64,000 bases of DNA from a virus: IMG/VR virus record IMGVR_UViG_3300044464_000108, positions 10,405 through 74,404 of that record. One strand, given 5' to 3'. The position numbers were made by a program, and so were the translations under genes. Below the pieces are notes generated by a model. That model was not told the DNA's origin. It searched no databases and saw only the letters and a list, made by a program, of their open reading frames with translations. Shown piece after piece: positions 37,041-45,937 of this stretch. The first letter of the stretch is position 1; every line of letters starts with the position of its first letter.

Positions 37041-37442
37041 ATGGATGACTACGAGGACTTGCCGAACACGAACGGGAGCAAGCTCGATCGAATCCTGTCA
37101 AAGCTCGATGACGCGCGCGAAGGTCGTGGCGCGATGAACGAGAAGCTCGACGATATCAGCCGCGACCTCGCGAGCCATCGAGCCGAGTTCGCCAAGCACG
37201 ACGGTGAGGATCGCGAATTCCGCAAGGCGACGGAACGCCGCGTTGACAAGCTCGAGCGTAAGAGCGAGACGGACATGCGCGAGCGCCTCAATCAAGAACG
37301 CGAAGCGGCCAAGGGTGTAACGGCCGACAAGAAGGATTCGTCGAAGCATTGGACGCGAACGATCGCAGCGGTTGCGATTGGGATCGTGGCTTCGGTGATC
37401 GCGGCGGTCATCACGGCAATCGTGACAGGACACGTGAAGTAG
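37041..37442 (+). CDS. Coiled-coil protein with C-terminal transmembrane helix (lysis-associated)
   Basis: C-terminal IAAVAIGIVASVIAAVITAIV; upstream of the endolysin. Confidence 0.6.
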   Translation: MDDYEDLPNTNGSKLDRILSKLDDAREGRGAMNEKLDDISRDLASHRAEFAKHDGEDREFRKATERRVDKLERKSETDMRERLNQEREAAKGVTADKKDSSKHWTRTIAAVAIGIVASVIAAVITAIVTGHVK

Positions 37443-37456
37443 TAAGCTCGCCTCCT

Positions 37457-37759
37457 ATGGTGGAGCTCCTACTCAAGAATCCCGCGCTCGTGACCTTTCT
37501 TTGGGCGACGGTGCTTTGGCCCGTCGGTTCGGGAATCGTCAACTTGATCTTCGATCGGTTCATCCCGAATACGGACGCCGGTTGGGACCTTTGGTTCGCG
37601 TCCAACCCCGGGCGTGCAGCGCTCGCGAAGTTGCTCCGGCAATGGGGGGTAAACCTCCCCGGCGGCTTCCGAACCATCCGCGCCTTCTTCTCGGGCCCTG
37701 CCCCTAAATTCCCGGCAAAAACGGAAGAGCCGGTTAAAGACCCTCCCAAGCCCGTTTAA
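37457..37759 (+). CDS. Putative holin
   Basis: N-terminal hydrophobic segment LVTFLWATVLWPVGSGIVNLIF; in the lysis cluster. Confidence 0.5.
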   Translation: MVELLLKNPALVTFLWATVLWPVGSGIVNLIFDRFIPNTDAGWDLWFASNPGRAALAKLLRQWGVNLPGGFRTIRAFFSGPAPKFPAKTEEPVKDPPKPV

Positions 37760-37914
37760 GACGTCTTTGGGTTTCCAACACCCTCCCGGGTGATCTGACC
37801 CGTGCGGACTTCGTAAAGGTCAACGTCGACAGACTGAGATGGGGTTTCACTTCCAGGATGCGGACAGGATCCCACACCCGAGTCATTCCAGAAGAGTCAA
37901 AGGTCTAGCTCATC

Positions 37915-37934
37915 TCGGAAGATCGATCTTCCGA
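37915..37934 (-). repeat. 20-bp palindrome copy 7 (reverse, upstream of endolysin)
   Basis: tc-TCGGAAGATCGATCTTCCGA-agggat. Confidence 0.95.
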
Positions 37935-37972
37935 AGGGATTCCAATCCGAGCGACCTGTTACCGTTTGGGAC

Positions 37973-39304
37973 ATGCGTGCTTCCGATTACATCGAGCAGC
38001 TTCCCGAACAAGCCGGACCCGAGCGGGAACGGAAGATCCTCGAATGGGCAATCAAGGGGCAGCTCCGCCCGATCGAATGGGCCCAAGTGCGGTCAGGGCG
38101 CGCGGTGTTTCAAGTGTCCGCCGACGGGCTCAAGGTCGGCGATGAGAACGATTCCGTTCGATTGAACGCCTGCCACGCGACGGCGCAGCAGCTCGCCGAC
38201 ATCCTTGGTGTGAGGCTTCCGACGACGAAGATTGAAGACCTCGCTTGGGCTCAAGCGCCGCTCAGGATCAAGCCGCAGATCCAAACGCCGGACGCGGCGA
38301 TGAGCAACACGAGTCGCATGGTGCAGCACAGCCGGGCGATCGATGCGATTCAGGCGTCGATCCAATCAATGCCCGAAAGCCAGAAGCAGTTTCTGCGAAC
38401 CGCCGGCAAGGTTTGGGCGCTGACGAATCGACTCGAAGGCAACCCCGGGCGAGCCGCAAACTACGGTTGGCACGATCGCGGTGCTCCGAACGGCAAGTGT
38501 TGGCAACCGCTCGGACTCGCGCACAACCTCCGGCACGTCGACTATTCGCAAAACCTCTTTTTCGTACACCCGCTCGTCGACATCGAAGGGGTGAACTACG
38601 GCTACGAAGAAGTCCTAACGACTCCCGCGTTCGCTCAATACGCGAGCGATGAAGGCGTGCTTCGGATCACGCGACATCCCGGCGTGAGTCCGGACCATGG
38701 CGACATCCTGCATACGCTTCTCCCGCCGCCCTTGCTTGGGTGCGAGGGGCCCGCCGAAGACCCGGGGGTTATCCCGTTCGTGCAGGCGTTTCACTACCGC
38801 AAGGCGGATCGCAAGGACGTGCGCGTGCTCGTCGTGCACGACACCGAGACCCCGCAAACTGTCACAAGCGCCGAAGTCATTGCCGCGACGTTCGCAAGCA
38901 AAGCTTCGCCCATGGCTTCCCCGACGTACGCCGTCGATGTGGATTCGTGCGTGCAGATGGTGCGCGACGAAGACGTGGCTTTCCACGTCGGAGCTCCCGC
39001 AAACGATTGGAGCGTCGGGATCGAGCATGCCGGCTATGCGCGATACTCCGCGGAGGATTGGGGGAGCATCTACTCGAGAGCGATGCTCCGTCGGTCCGCT
39101 GGACTTGCGGCTCGCATCTGCCGCAAGTGGGGGATCCCGCCGGTGTTCCTAACGGCCGCCCAACTCCGAGATCCTTCGGCGCGCGGCATCACGACGCACA
39201 AGCAGATCAGCGATGCGTTTCACGGGTCGAACCATTGGGATCCCGGTCCGGGCTTCCCGATCCTTTGGTACGTGAACGCGGTCGCTTGCGCTCTCGCGGC
39301 GTAG
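37973..39304 (+). CDS. Endolysin: unknown N-terminal domain plus N-acetylmuramoyl-L-alanine amidase (Amidase_2)
   Basis: VLVVHDTE, AFHVG..N..SVGIEHAG, GITTHKQIS and HWDPGPGFP supply the Zn ligands and catalytic Glu. Confidence 0.85.
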   Translation: MRASDYIEQLPEQAGPERERKILEWAIKGQLRPIEWAQVRSGRAVFQVSADGLKVGDENDSVRLNACHATAQQLADILGVRLPTTKIEDLAWAQAPLRIKPQIQTPDAAMSNTSRMVQHSRAIDAIQASIQSMPESQKQFLRTAGKVWALTNRLEGNPGRAANYGWHDRGAPNGKCWQPLGLAHNLRHVDYSQNLFFVHPLVDIEGVNYGYEEVLTTPAFAQYASDEGVLRITRHPGVSPDHGDILHTLLPPPLLGCEGPAEDPGVIPFVQAFHYRKADRKDVRVLVVHDTETPQTVTSAEVIAATFASKASPMASPTYAVDVDSCVQMVRDEDVAFHVGAPANDWSVGIEHAGYARYSAEDWGSIYSRAMLRRSAGLAARICRKWGIPPVFLTAAQLRDPSARGITTHKQISDAFHGSNHWDPGPGFPILWYVNAVACALAA

Positions 39305-39656
39305 CAAAAAGATCCATCGACGTGTTTGCGGGCGCTTTGCGCCTGCAGTGACACCGAAGGTGTCACCACAAACAAACTATTTTCATCTCCAGCGATCCGT
39401 CCGCGTCATGAGATCAGAAAAGAAAGGGAATGGGGGGTAAGGGGGGATCTGAATTTGATCCAAGGATCAACGTATCTGCACAAAGTAGATCGCGCGCGCG
39501 AGACGGACGCCGAGTCCGCGCCGGACATGCAGCCGACGGACTGGGAACGGGTTGAGCGATTCGTCCAGCTCGAGCCGCGGGAAGAACCCGAACAGAAGAT
39601 CTAGATCCTCCCGATGCATCGCTCGCGTCATGATCCGCCCGAAGGAGGATCGACCA

Positions 39657-40087
39657 TGGCAGGCGTAGCGAAACGGTTTCGAATCGAGGAGTGCGGAACG
39701 GGGCGGGTGATCTGGCAAAACCTACCCGCGTTGAACGGGGGGATCACGGGCTCGGAGGTCAAGGTCATCGGGAAGAAACCCGAGACGCTCGAGATCGGCG
39801 AGACGACGGTGCTCGAGTACAAGTTGATCGGTCGGTGCGCACAATACGTGCTTCGACGAACCGACGATGAGGTCTCGAACAAGAAAGAGCCGGCTCAAGC
39901 TCGCGACCCGGGGGACCCGAACGCTGACATCCCGGTGAAGCCGCAAGCCGAGGTGCTCCCCTTCGAGCCTCCGACGAAAGCCAAAAGGCAGCGGACTCGG
40001 GTGAACGCGATCAACCGGGCGGCGAGTCGTATGCCGGCGGATGGCAACGTGCTCGCCGGTCGAGATCCCGAGGGCGAAGTCTCGTGA
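39657..40087 (+). CDS. Hypothetical protein
   Basis: SD AGGAGG before ATG 39657; upstream CGCGTCATGAT box. Confidence 0.55.
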
Positions 40088-40605
40088 GAGGCAGGACCTT
40101 CAAAGACTTCATTGGAACCGCTGACGATCAACGCGCGAAAGATCTTCAGATGCTCAAGATGGCAGCCGCGGGGCTGCCCGATGAGAAACCCGGGCGACAT
40201 GGGTGCCGAGGGGATGGGCCGTTGGTTCCGAACGCCGCGAAGGAAGCGTTCGCCGACATGAAAGAACGGCTCGAGAGCATGCCGGGGCGTGTGCTCACCG
40301 AGAAACAACGGGGGTGGCTCAAGCGTGAGCTCGACAGCGAGAGCATTGAATACGAATCGCCTGCCGAGCGGAACGCGTCAGTCCCTCGCGGGAAGGAAGT
40401 AGCACCCGCTTACGACACGAACATCCCGAAAAGGCCGCCGGCACGGGGTTCCAATGTGCCCGTTCTAAGTGGCCGGAATGATGCCGAAAAAAACACCGCT
40501 CGGAAGATCGATCTTCCGAAGGGTGGGACCATGCTTGCGGGTGACGTCTCGCTCGAATCGCTCTTTGATTCCTACGCCGACGATCCGGACGATCTGCCGT
40601 TTTGA
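40084..40605 (+). CDS. Hypothetical protein containing palindrome copy 8 in frame
   Basis: GTGA overlap; acidic C-terminus DSYADDPDDLPF. Confidence 0.55.
   Translation: MRGRTFKDFIGTADDQRAKDLQMLKMAAAGLPDEKPGRHGCRGDGPLVPNAAKEAFADMKERLESMPGRVLTEKQRGWLKRELDSESIEYESPAERNASVPRGKEVAPAYDTNIPKRPPARGSNVPVLSGRNDAEKNTARKIDLPKGGTMLAGDVSLESLFDSYADDPDDLPF
40500..40519 (-). repeat. 20-bp palindrome copy 8 (reverse)
   Basis: gc-TCGGAAGATCGATCTTCCGA-agggtg. Confidence 0.95.
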
Positions 40606-40615
40606 AGGGGATGCG

Positions 40616-41257
40616 ATGCAAGACTACGACGAGATCATCAACCGACCTCCCATGCCGATTCCGTTAACGCCCTTGCAGCCCATCGGCTTCGAATCGGCAG
40701 ACGGGGATTGCTTACGACTGCAGCAGTACATCGACACCCATCCTTCGGTAGAGGGAGCTTTTCAACAGCGACAACTTCTCGCACGAGCTGGATGTTTCGG
40801 CAGGGTGGAGCGCTCGCAGCATCGGGGGAGCATCGAATATGAACTCGTCGTGTCGCTTCTTCAGGCTGTGAGGATTCGGGGGTTTCCGATCCCGATTGAG
40901 TTTCTCGTCGTCGACTTGGCCAAGCCTGGGTCGAAAGAAAACTTCGGCTGTATTGAGGTCGAGGTTGTGATCCATGTCCTTCATCGCGACACGGGGGAGC
41001 CGACCCGTGTCACTTCACGGAATTCGATCTCGGTCGATCTAATCCACAGAAGTACAGCCCAAGAGATCTTGGATCGGATGATCCTCTTCACGGTTCGCGA
41101 GCTCGTGATTCACGAGCTTGAAGAGTGCACGTACTTCGATGGGCACCGATTGAGCGAACCTCACACCGACTCGGTAATGCCGACAGAGAACCAACTTGAC
41201 CCGGTTGCGGCGTGGGAGCGCCGTCGGGCTCAAACCAACATCAAGGGAGGCCCGTAG
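40616..41257 (+). CDS. Hypothetical protein
   Basis: RELVIHELEECTYFDGHRLSEPH pattern; packed between neighbours. Confidence 0.55.
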   Translation: MQDYDEIINRPPMPIPLTPLQPIGFESADGDCLRLQQYIDTHPSVEGAFQQRQLLARAGCFGRVERSQHRGSIEYELVVSLLQAVRIRGFPIPIEFLVVDLAKPGSKENFGCIEVEVVIHVLHRDTGEPTRVTSRNSISVDLIHRSTAQEILDRMILFTVRELVIHELEECTYFDGHRLSEPHTDSVMPTENQLDPVAAWERRRAQTNIKGGP

Positions 41258-41259
41258 CC

Positions 41260-42969
41260 ATGCAAGAGACCTATATCGATGCTGCCGTTTGCAGCATCCA
41301 AGAATCCCCGACGAACCCGCGCAAACATTACGACCCGGCGAAGATGACCGAGCTCATCGCGAGCGTGAAAGAGCACGGCATCATCACACCCGTTGTCGCG
41401 CGCTACGTGCGCGGAAGCACAGATATGCTCGAGCTCGTCTTCGGGCATCGACGACTTCGTGCCGCTCGCGCAGCGAAGCTCGATCACATCCCGACCATCA
41501 TCCGGGAGATGACCGACAAGGCCGTTCTCGAAGCGCAGCTCGTCGAGAACAGCCAACGCGAGGACGTGCACCCGCTCGAAGAGGCGGAAGGGTATCGGCA
41601 GCTCAAAGAGGTGCACGACTACACGATCGAAGATATCGCGCTCAAGGTCGGAAAAGACGCGAGCTACGTCTATTCGCGAATCAAATTGCTCGGTCTCTCC
41701 GACCTCGGCAAGCAAGCTTTCTTTGACGGGAAGATCAATGCATCGGTCGCGCTTCTCGTCGCGCGGATGCCGAGCTTCGAGCTTCAAGACAAGGCGCTGA
41801 AAGACATCGTGGGCGAAGGCGACGACGAGCCGATGAACGTGCAAGAGGCGCGGCGTTTTATTACCGCGCACTTCATGCTTCGGCTTGTGGACGCTCCCTT
41901 TCGAAAGGACGATCCAACCCTTGTCGAAGCGGCCGGCGCTTGCACGAAGTGTCCGAAGCGCACGGGCAATCAGAAGGAACTGTTTGCTGACGTCGAAGCG
42001 AAGGACACGTGCACCGACCCGAAGTGCTTCGAGTTGAAGCGGGGCGCGCATTGGGAGCGTGAGAAGGCGAAGGCAAAGCAGGAAGGCCGAAAGGTGCTTT
42101 CACCCGTCGAGACGAAACGACTCTTTCCCTACAACAACGGCTTGATGCCTCATAACTCCCCGTATGTGGCGCTCGACGAGCGCCCGATCGGCGAAGAGGC
42201 TGACAAGCCGTGGAAAGACATTCTCGGTAAGGACACCCCAAAGAGCGTGCTCGTGCTCGACCCGCTCGGCAACCCGCGCAACCTTGTTCTCAAGGCTGAC
42301 GTGCTCGCAACCGAGAAGGTGCCCGAGCACATCCTTGACAGCGGAGCTCTGTCGACGGTCGTGCCGACGACACGACAGCAACGCGCGAAGGAGCGCGAAC
42401 GGCTCGAGCAGGTGCAGACGATGAACGATGAGTCCATCGCCGATCTCATGAGTGCGATCGGCGGTCGGGGCATTCAGCTCGAGGGCTTCAAGATGCTCTT
42501 GAGTTCAATCCTTGAGAGCTCGCATTGGGCGAGCGTGCTTCGCGACATCACGCGGCGTCGAGGGCTCACGACGTCGAAGGATCTCATGCCTCGGGATGCC
42601 GTGCGCGAGTACATCGAGCGGATGACCACGATCGAGGAATGCTTTGGGTTGCTTGTCGAAGCGACGGTCTTGCATGACTTGACCGGGGGTGTACCGCTGC
42701 AGAGCGTCGAGCTCATCGAAGGGTTTCGAAAGGTTTACAAGAACGAGGCTTTCGGTGTCGTGGGAACCCCGCCGAAGGCATCGAAGAAGAAGTCCCCCAA
42801 AGAGCTTTTTGCATGCGGCACGGTGCTTCCCAAGGCCGTCAAGACGGTCAAGATTCTTCTGTCCAAAGTCGCCGCTAAGCCGCCCAAGGCGAAAGCCAAA
42901 GCAAAGAAGAAGGCGAAGCCTGCATCGCCCAAGGGCAAGGCCTCAAAAGGCAAACCGAAGAAGCCTTAG
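41260..42969 (+). CDS. parB: ParB/Spo0J-family protein with Cys cluster and Lys-rich tail
   Basis: SPTNPRKHYD, LVFGHRRLRAA (GxxRxxA), ENSQREDVHPLEEAEGY; HTH TIEDIALKVGKDASYVYSRIKL; CTKCPKRT...CTDPKC. Confidence 0.9.
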   Translation: MQETYIDAAVCSIQESPTNPRKHYDPAKMTELIASVKEHGIITPVVARYVRGSTDMLELVFGHRRLRAARAAKLDHIPTIIREMTDKAVLEAQLVENSQREDVHPLEEAEGYRQLKEVHDYTIEDIALKVGKDASYVYSRIKLLGLSDLGKQAFFDGKINASVALLVARMPSFELQDKALKDIVGEGDDEPMNVQEARRFITAHFMLRLVDAPFRKDDPTLVEAAGACTKCPKRTGNQKELFADVEAKDTCTDPKCFELKRGAHWEREKAKAKQEGRKVLSPVETKRLFPYNNGLMPHNSPYVALDERPIGEEADKPWKDILGKDTPKSVLVLDPLGNPRNLVLKADVLATEKVPEHILDSGALSTVVPTTRQQRAKERERLEQVQTMNDESIADLMSAIGGRGIQLEGFKMLLSSILESSHWASVLRDITRRRGLTTSKDLMPRDAVREYIERMTTIEECFGLLVEATVLHDLTGGVPLQSVELIEGFRKVYKNEAFGVVGTPPKASKKKSPKELFACGTVLPKAVKTVKILLSKVAAKPPKAKAKAKKKAKPASPKGKASKGKPKKP

Positions 42970-42990
42970 TAACCGCGTCATGATGCGGGT

Positions 42991-45396
42991 GTGCTCACAA
43001 TCACCGTCGACAACAGAATCCGGATCCGAGCGGCCGATGTACCGCTCGAGCTCGCGACGGCGCTACGCGAAGAGTTCACGCACCCCAACCCAGATCAGAG
43101 AAACATCGCGTCGCTCGAGCAGCTCGTGCAGCGCTTACGGAACGGCAAGAAGGACGACCGTAAGCGCGCGGGGCGCTACATGGGAATGCTCGCCATCGCG
43201 AAGAAGGCCCCTAAGACGATCTGCACGTGGGCGCACGAGAAGGGTGCTCTCACGTTCCCGCGGGGCGGCATGCAGCGGGTGCGCGATCGACTTGGTGAAG
43301 CGGGGATCGAATTCGAAGTCATCGACGCTCGCACCGAAGGATCAAAAGCACTTGCTCGCGAGCTGAAGCATTCGCGCGCGCTGTACGACTTCCAGGAAGA
43401 GATCGTCGAAGTTGGCATCACGCGCGAGAACTGTCTCGCGCGTTCCCCGACGGGATGTCTCGCGGGTGATTCGATCATCGGTGTGAACCGAGCTGGGAAG
43501 AGCTTTCAGATCGAGATCTCTGAGCTCGTTCGTAGACATGAGGGTGGCCTAACGAAGAGTCGAACGTGGGACCGAGAGATCCCGACGACTGTCCGAGCCC
43601 GATGTGCCGACGGAACCATTCGGTTGTGTCGGCTTGTCGATGCGTATGTGAGCGGTGAAAAGCAGGTTTACGAGGTCGTGACGTCCAGCGGGCGAAAGCT
43701 GCGGGCGACGGCAGAGCATCGGTTTTTAACCCCGAAGGGCTGGCGTGTCCTTGGTGGTTTGCATGTGGGGGATCTGCTTTTCTGTGAGGCTCGGACGCGA
43801 AGGCATGGTGTTCGTCCAAAGACTTGGTATCGGCTCGTTTCCGGCTTGAAGAGTCATCCGTATGCGGGAAGACTTGGCGTGAAGCCTGGGAAGGGTGGGA
43901 CGAGTGTTCCAATGCACCGTCTTGTTGTCGAAGCGGTGTTGAACGGTTGCGATTACGAGTCCTTCATCGCCGAACTTCGGAGCGGTGAGATTCCGCGACA
44001 TTGGACGTTTCTCGATCCTTCCAAGTGGATTGTTCATCATCGAGACGAGAACCCGAGAAACAACACACTCGAGAACCTTGTCGTGATGACTGACGGGGAG
44101 CACAAGCAAGAGCATGCGGCAGCAAACACTGTGAATGTTCTCCCCCGCACGGTCGAAGAGGAGATCGTTGCCATCTCAAAGTGTGGTGTCGAGATGACTT
44201 ACGATCTCTCGCTCGAGTCACCTCACAACTTTCTTGCAAATGGGATCGTTGTACACAACAGCGGCAAGACGACGGCGGCTCTTGCCTACGCGGCAGCAAC
44301 CGGGCTCGCAACCCTCGTGATCGTGGCGAATCAACATCTGCTCGATCAGTGGATCGAACGGTGTGAGCTCGAGCTAGGCATGAACCGAAAGGACGTCGGC
44401 ATCATCGGCGGCTCGAAGTTCAAGCTCGGAGCGATGACGATCGCGATGCAGCAAAGTCTCGCGAAGCTCTTCGAACGCGAGGACGACCCGCGCCGCGAAG
44501 AGGTGCTCTCGAGCTTTGGCACGGTGATCGCCGACGAGGTTCACCTGTTCGCCGCAAAGACGTTCCTCGCGGTGATCGATCGCATACCCGCGCGCTATCG
44601 CCTTGGTGTGTCCGCCGACGAGCGCCGCAAAGACAAGAAACAGTTCCTGCTTTACGACGTCTTCGGACCCGTGGCGGTCGACGTGAAAGAGAGCGAGCTC
44701 GTCGAGCGGAAGATCATTCTTGACGTCGAAGTGCGCGTCGTGCCGACGGGCTTCGACATGCCTTGGTACCAAGAGACTCCCGAGACCGAGCGAGGGATGG
44801 TCTTTGATCGGGTGCTCGATGGGCTTACAGCTTCGGCCGAGCGGAACACCATCATCCACCGCATCGCGGCCGAAGAGTGTGATGCCGAACAGATCTTAGT
44901 CTTCTCGCATCGGGTCGAGCATTGTCAGCGACTCGAAGCGGACTTCCGGTGTGACTACTCCGATCACACGAACACTGGTTTGCTGCTTGGGGGTGACCTC
45001 CAAGCCACGGAATTCAAGCGCACGGTCAAAGGCCTTCGAGCAAAGACGGTGAGTGTTGCTTACGGCACGTACCAAGCCATTGCGGCGAGCTTGGACTTCC
45101 CAAGCATCGCGGTGGGCATCGCGACGACCCCCATCCACAACAACCCCCAGACCATTCGACAAGTCAAAGGGAGGCTCTGTCGTACGGCAGCGGGCAAAGG
45201 AGAAGCACGTCTTTACGCTCTTTGGGATGAAGCCATTCAAGGGCGGCGGTTTTTGCGTAACCTGATCGTTCGCGCTCGGAGGGTTTTGGTTCGCGTTGGA
45301 GAGGAGTGGGTTGATGGTCGGGCTCATCTCGCGAGGCTCGACGAAGAGGCAAGGAAGCACGACACGACAACGGGCACGGGCGATCTTTTTCAATAA
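42991..45396 (+). CDS. Superfamily 2 helicase interrupted by an intein
   Basis: Walker A SPTG|SGKT split by the intein; DEVH, LGVSADERRKD, ASLDFPSI and QVKGRLCR motifs. Confidence 0.9.
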   Translation: MLTITVDNRIRIRAADVPLELATALREEFTHPNPDQRNIASLEQLVQRLRNGKKDDRKRAGRYMGMLAIAKKAPKTICTWAHEKGALTFPRGGMQRVRDRLGEAGIEFEVIDARTEGSKALARELKHSRALYDFQEEIVEVGITRENCLARSPTGCLAGDSIIGVNRAGKSFQIEISELVRRHEGGLTKSRTWDREIPTTVRARCADGTIRLCRLVDAYVSGEKQVYEVVTSSGRKLRATAEHRFLTPKGWRVLGGLHVGDLLFCEARTRRHGVRPKTWYRLVSGLKSHPYAGRLGVKPGKGGTSVPMHRLVVEAVLNGCDYESFIAELRSGEIPRHWTFLDPSKWIVHHRDENPRNNTLENLVVMTDGEHKQEHAAANTVNVLPRTVEEEIVAISKCGVEMTYDLSLESPHNFLANGIVVHNSGKTTAALAYAAATGLATLVIVANQHLLDQWIERCELELGMNRKDVGIIGGSKFKLGAMTIAMQQSLAKLFEREDDPRREEVLSSFGTVIADEVHLFAAKTFLAVIDRIPARYRLGVSADERRKDKKQFLLYDVFGPVAVDVKESELVERKIILDVEVRVVPTGFDMPWYQETPETERGMVFDRVLDGLTASAERNTIIHRIAAEECDAEQILVFSHRVEHCQRLEADFRCDYSDHTNTGLLLGGDLQATEFKRTVKGLRAKTVSVAYGTYQAIAASLDFPSIAVGIATTPIHNNPQTIRQVKGRLCRTAAGKGEARLYALWDEAIQGRRFLRNLIVRARRVLVRVGEEWVDGRAHLARLDEEARKHDTTTGTGDLFQ
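43456..44259 (+). mobile_element. Intein (268 aa) with HNH homing endonuclease
   Basis: Starts CLAGDS; block B LRATAEHRFLTPKGW; HNH VHHRDENPRNNTLENL...H; ends HNFLANGIVVHN followed by Ser(+1). Confidence 0.93.
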
Positions 45397-45406
45397 GGGG
45401 AGCGGC

Positions 45407-45937
45407 ATGGCACGTGTGCAGATGACATCCGGGTACAAGGACGAGATCTTGACTTCAGCTCGACTCGAAAGTGATCCGAGTCAGCTAGCGCGGGCGACAG
45501 CTCTATCGGATTGGGTCGGGGTAGGTAAGTCGAAGCCGAAGAGCAAACCGAGTCCGGTGACTTGCTTCAAGCGTGCAAAGCACGAGCTCGAGCAATTCCT
45601 TTTGGAAGGTCCGCTCGATGACAGGATGAAGGGTCGTCACTTCGTCGCGCTCTATGCACGCTTGCATGAAAAAACTTATGGGGTGGCTCCCGCCGAGCTT
45701 GAAGGAACGGTTTTCTTTGGGGCTGTGAGTGCTGCGGATCGAATGCTTCGCGTCGAGTTCGACGGCAAAGCCGAAGCGATGATCGACTTCATTCGATGGG
45801 TTTGGGTGCGCGAGCGCTCGCGCGAGAAGGGTCGTCGAGCTCGTGAGGAAGCGACGGCTTTTCGCATTCAGTGGCGTCTTCAGTTCGTTCGACGTGAGTT
45901 GCTCGTCGACTTCCGCGTCATGACTAGAGCACGATGA
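45407..45937 (+). CDS. Hypothetical replication-associated protein
   Basis: SD GGGGAG; directly upstream of DnaB with ATGA overlap. Confidence 0.55.
   Translation: MARVQMTSGYKDEILTSARLESDPSQLARATALSDWVGVGKSKPKSKPSPVTCFKRAKHELEQFLLEGPLDDRMKGRHFVALYARLHEKTYGVAPAELEGTVFFGAVSAADRMLRVEFDGKAEAMIDFIRWVWVRERSREKGRRAREEATAFRIQWRLQFVRRELLVDFRVMTRAR

Noticed and set aside
37760-37910. Protein-like antisense reading frame before the endolysin
   Set aside because: An in-frame stop lies directly upstream and there is no start codon.
39326-39604. ORF between the endolysin and the early genes
   Set aside because: No convincing RBS or motif; the region contains a hairpin (GTGACACC-GAA-GGTGTCAC, 39348-39366) and looks regulatory.
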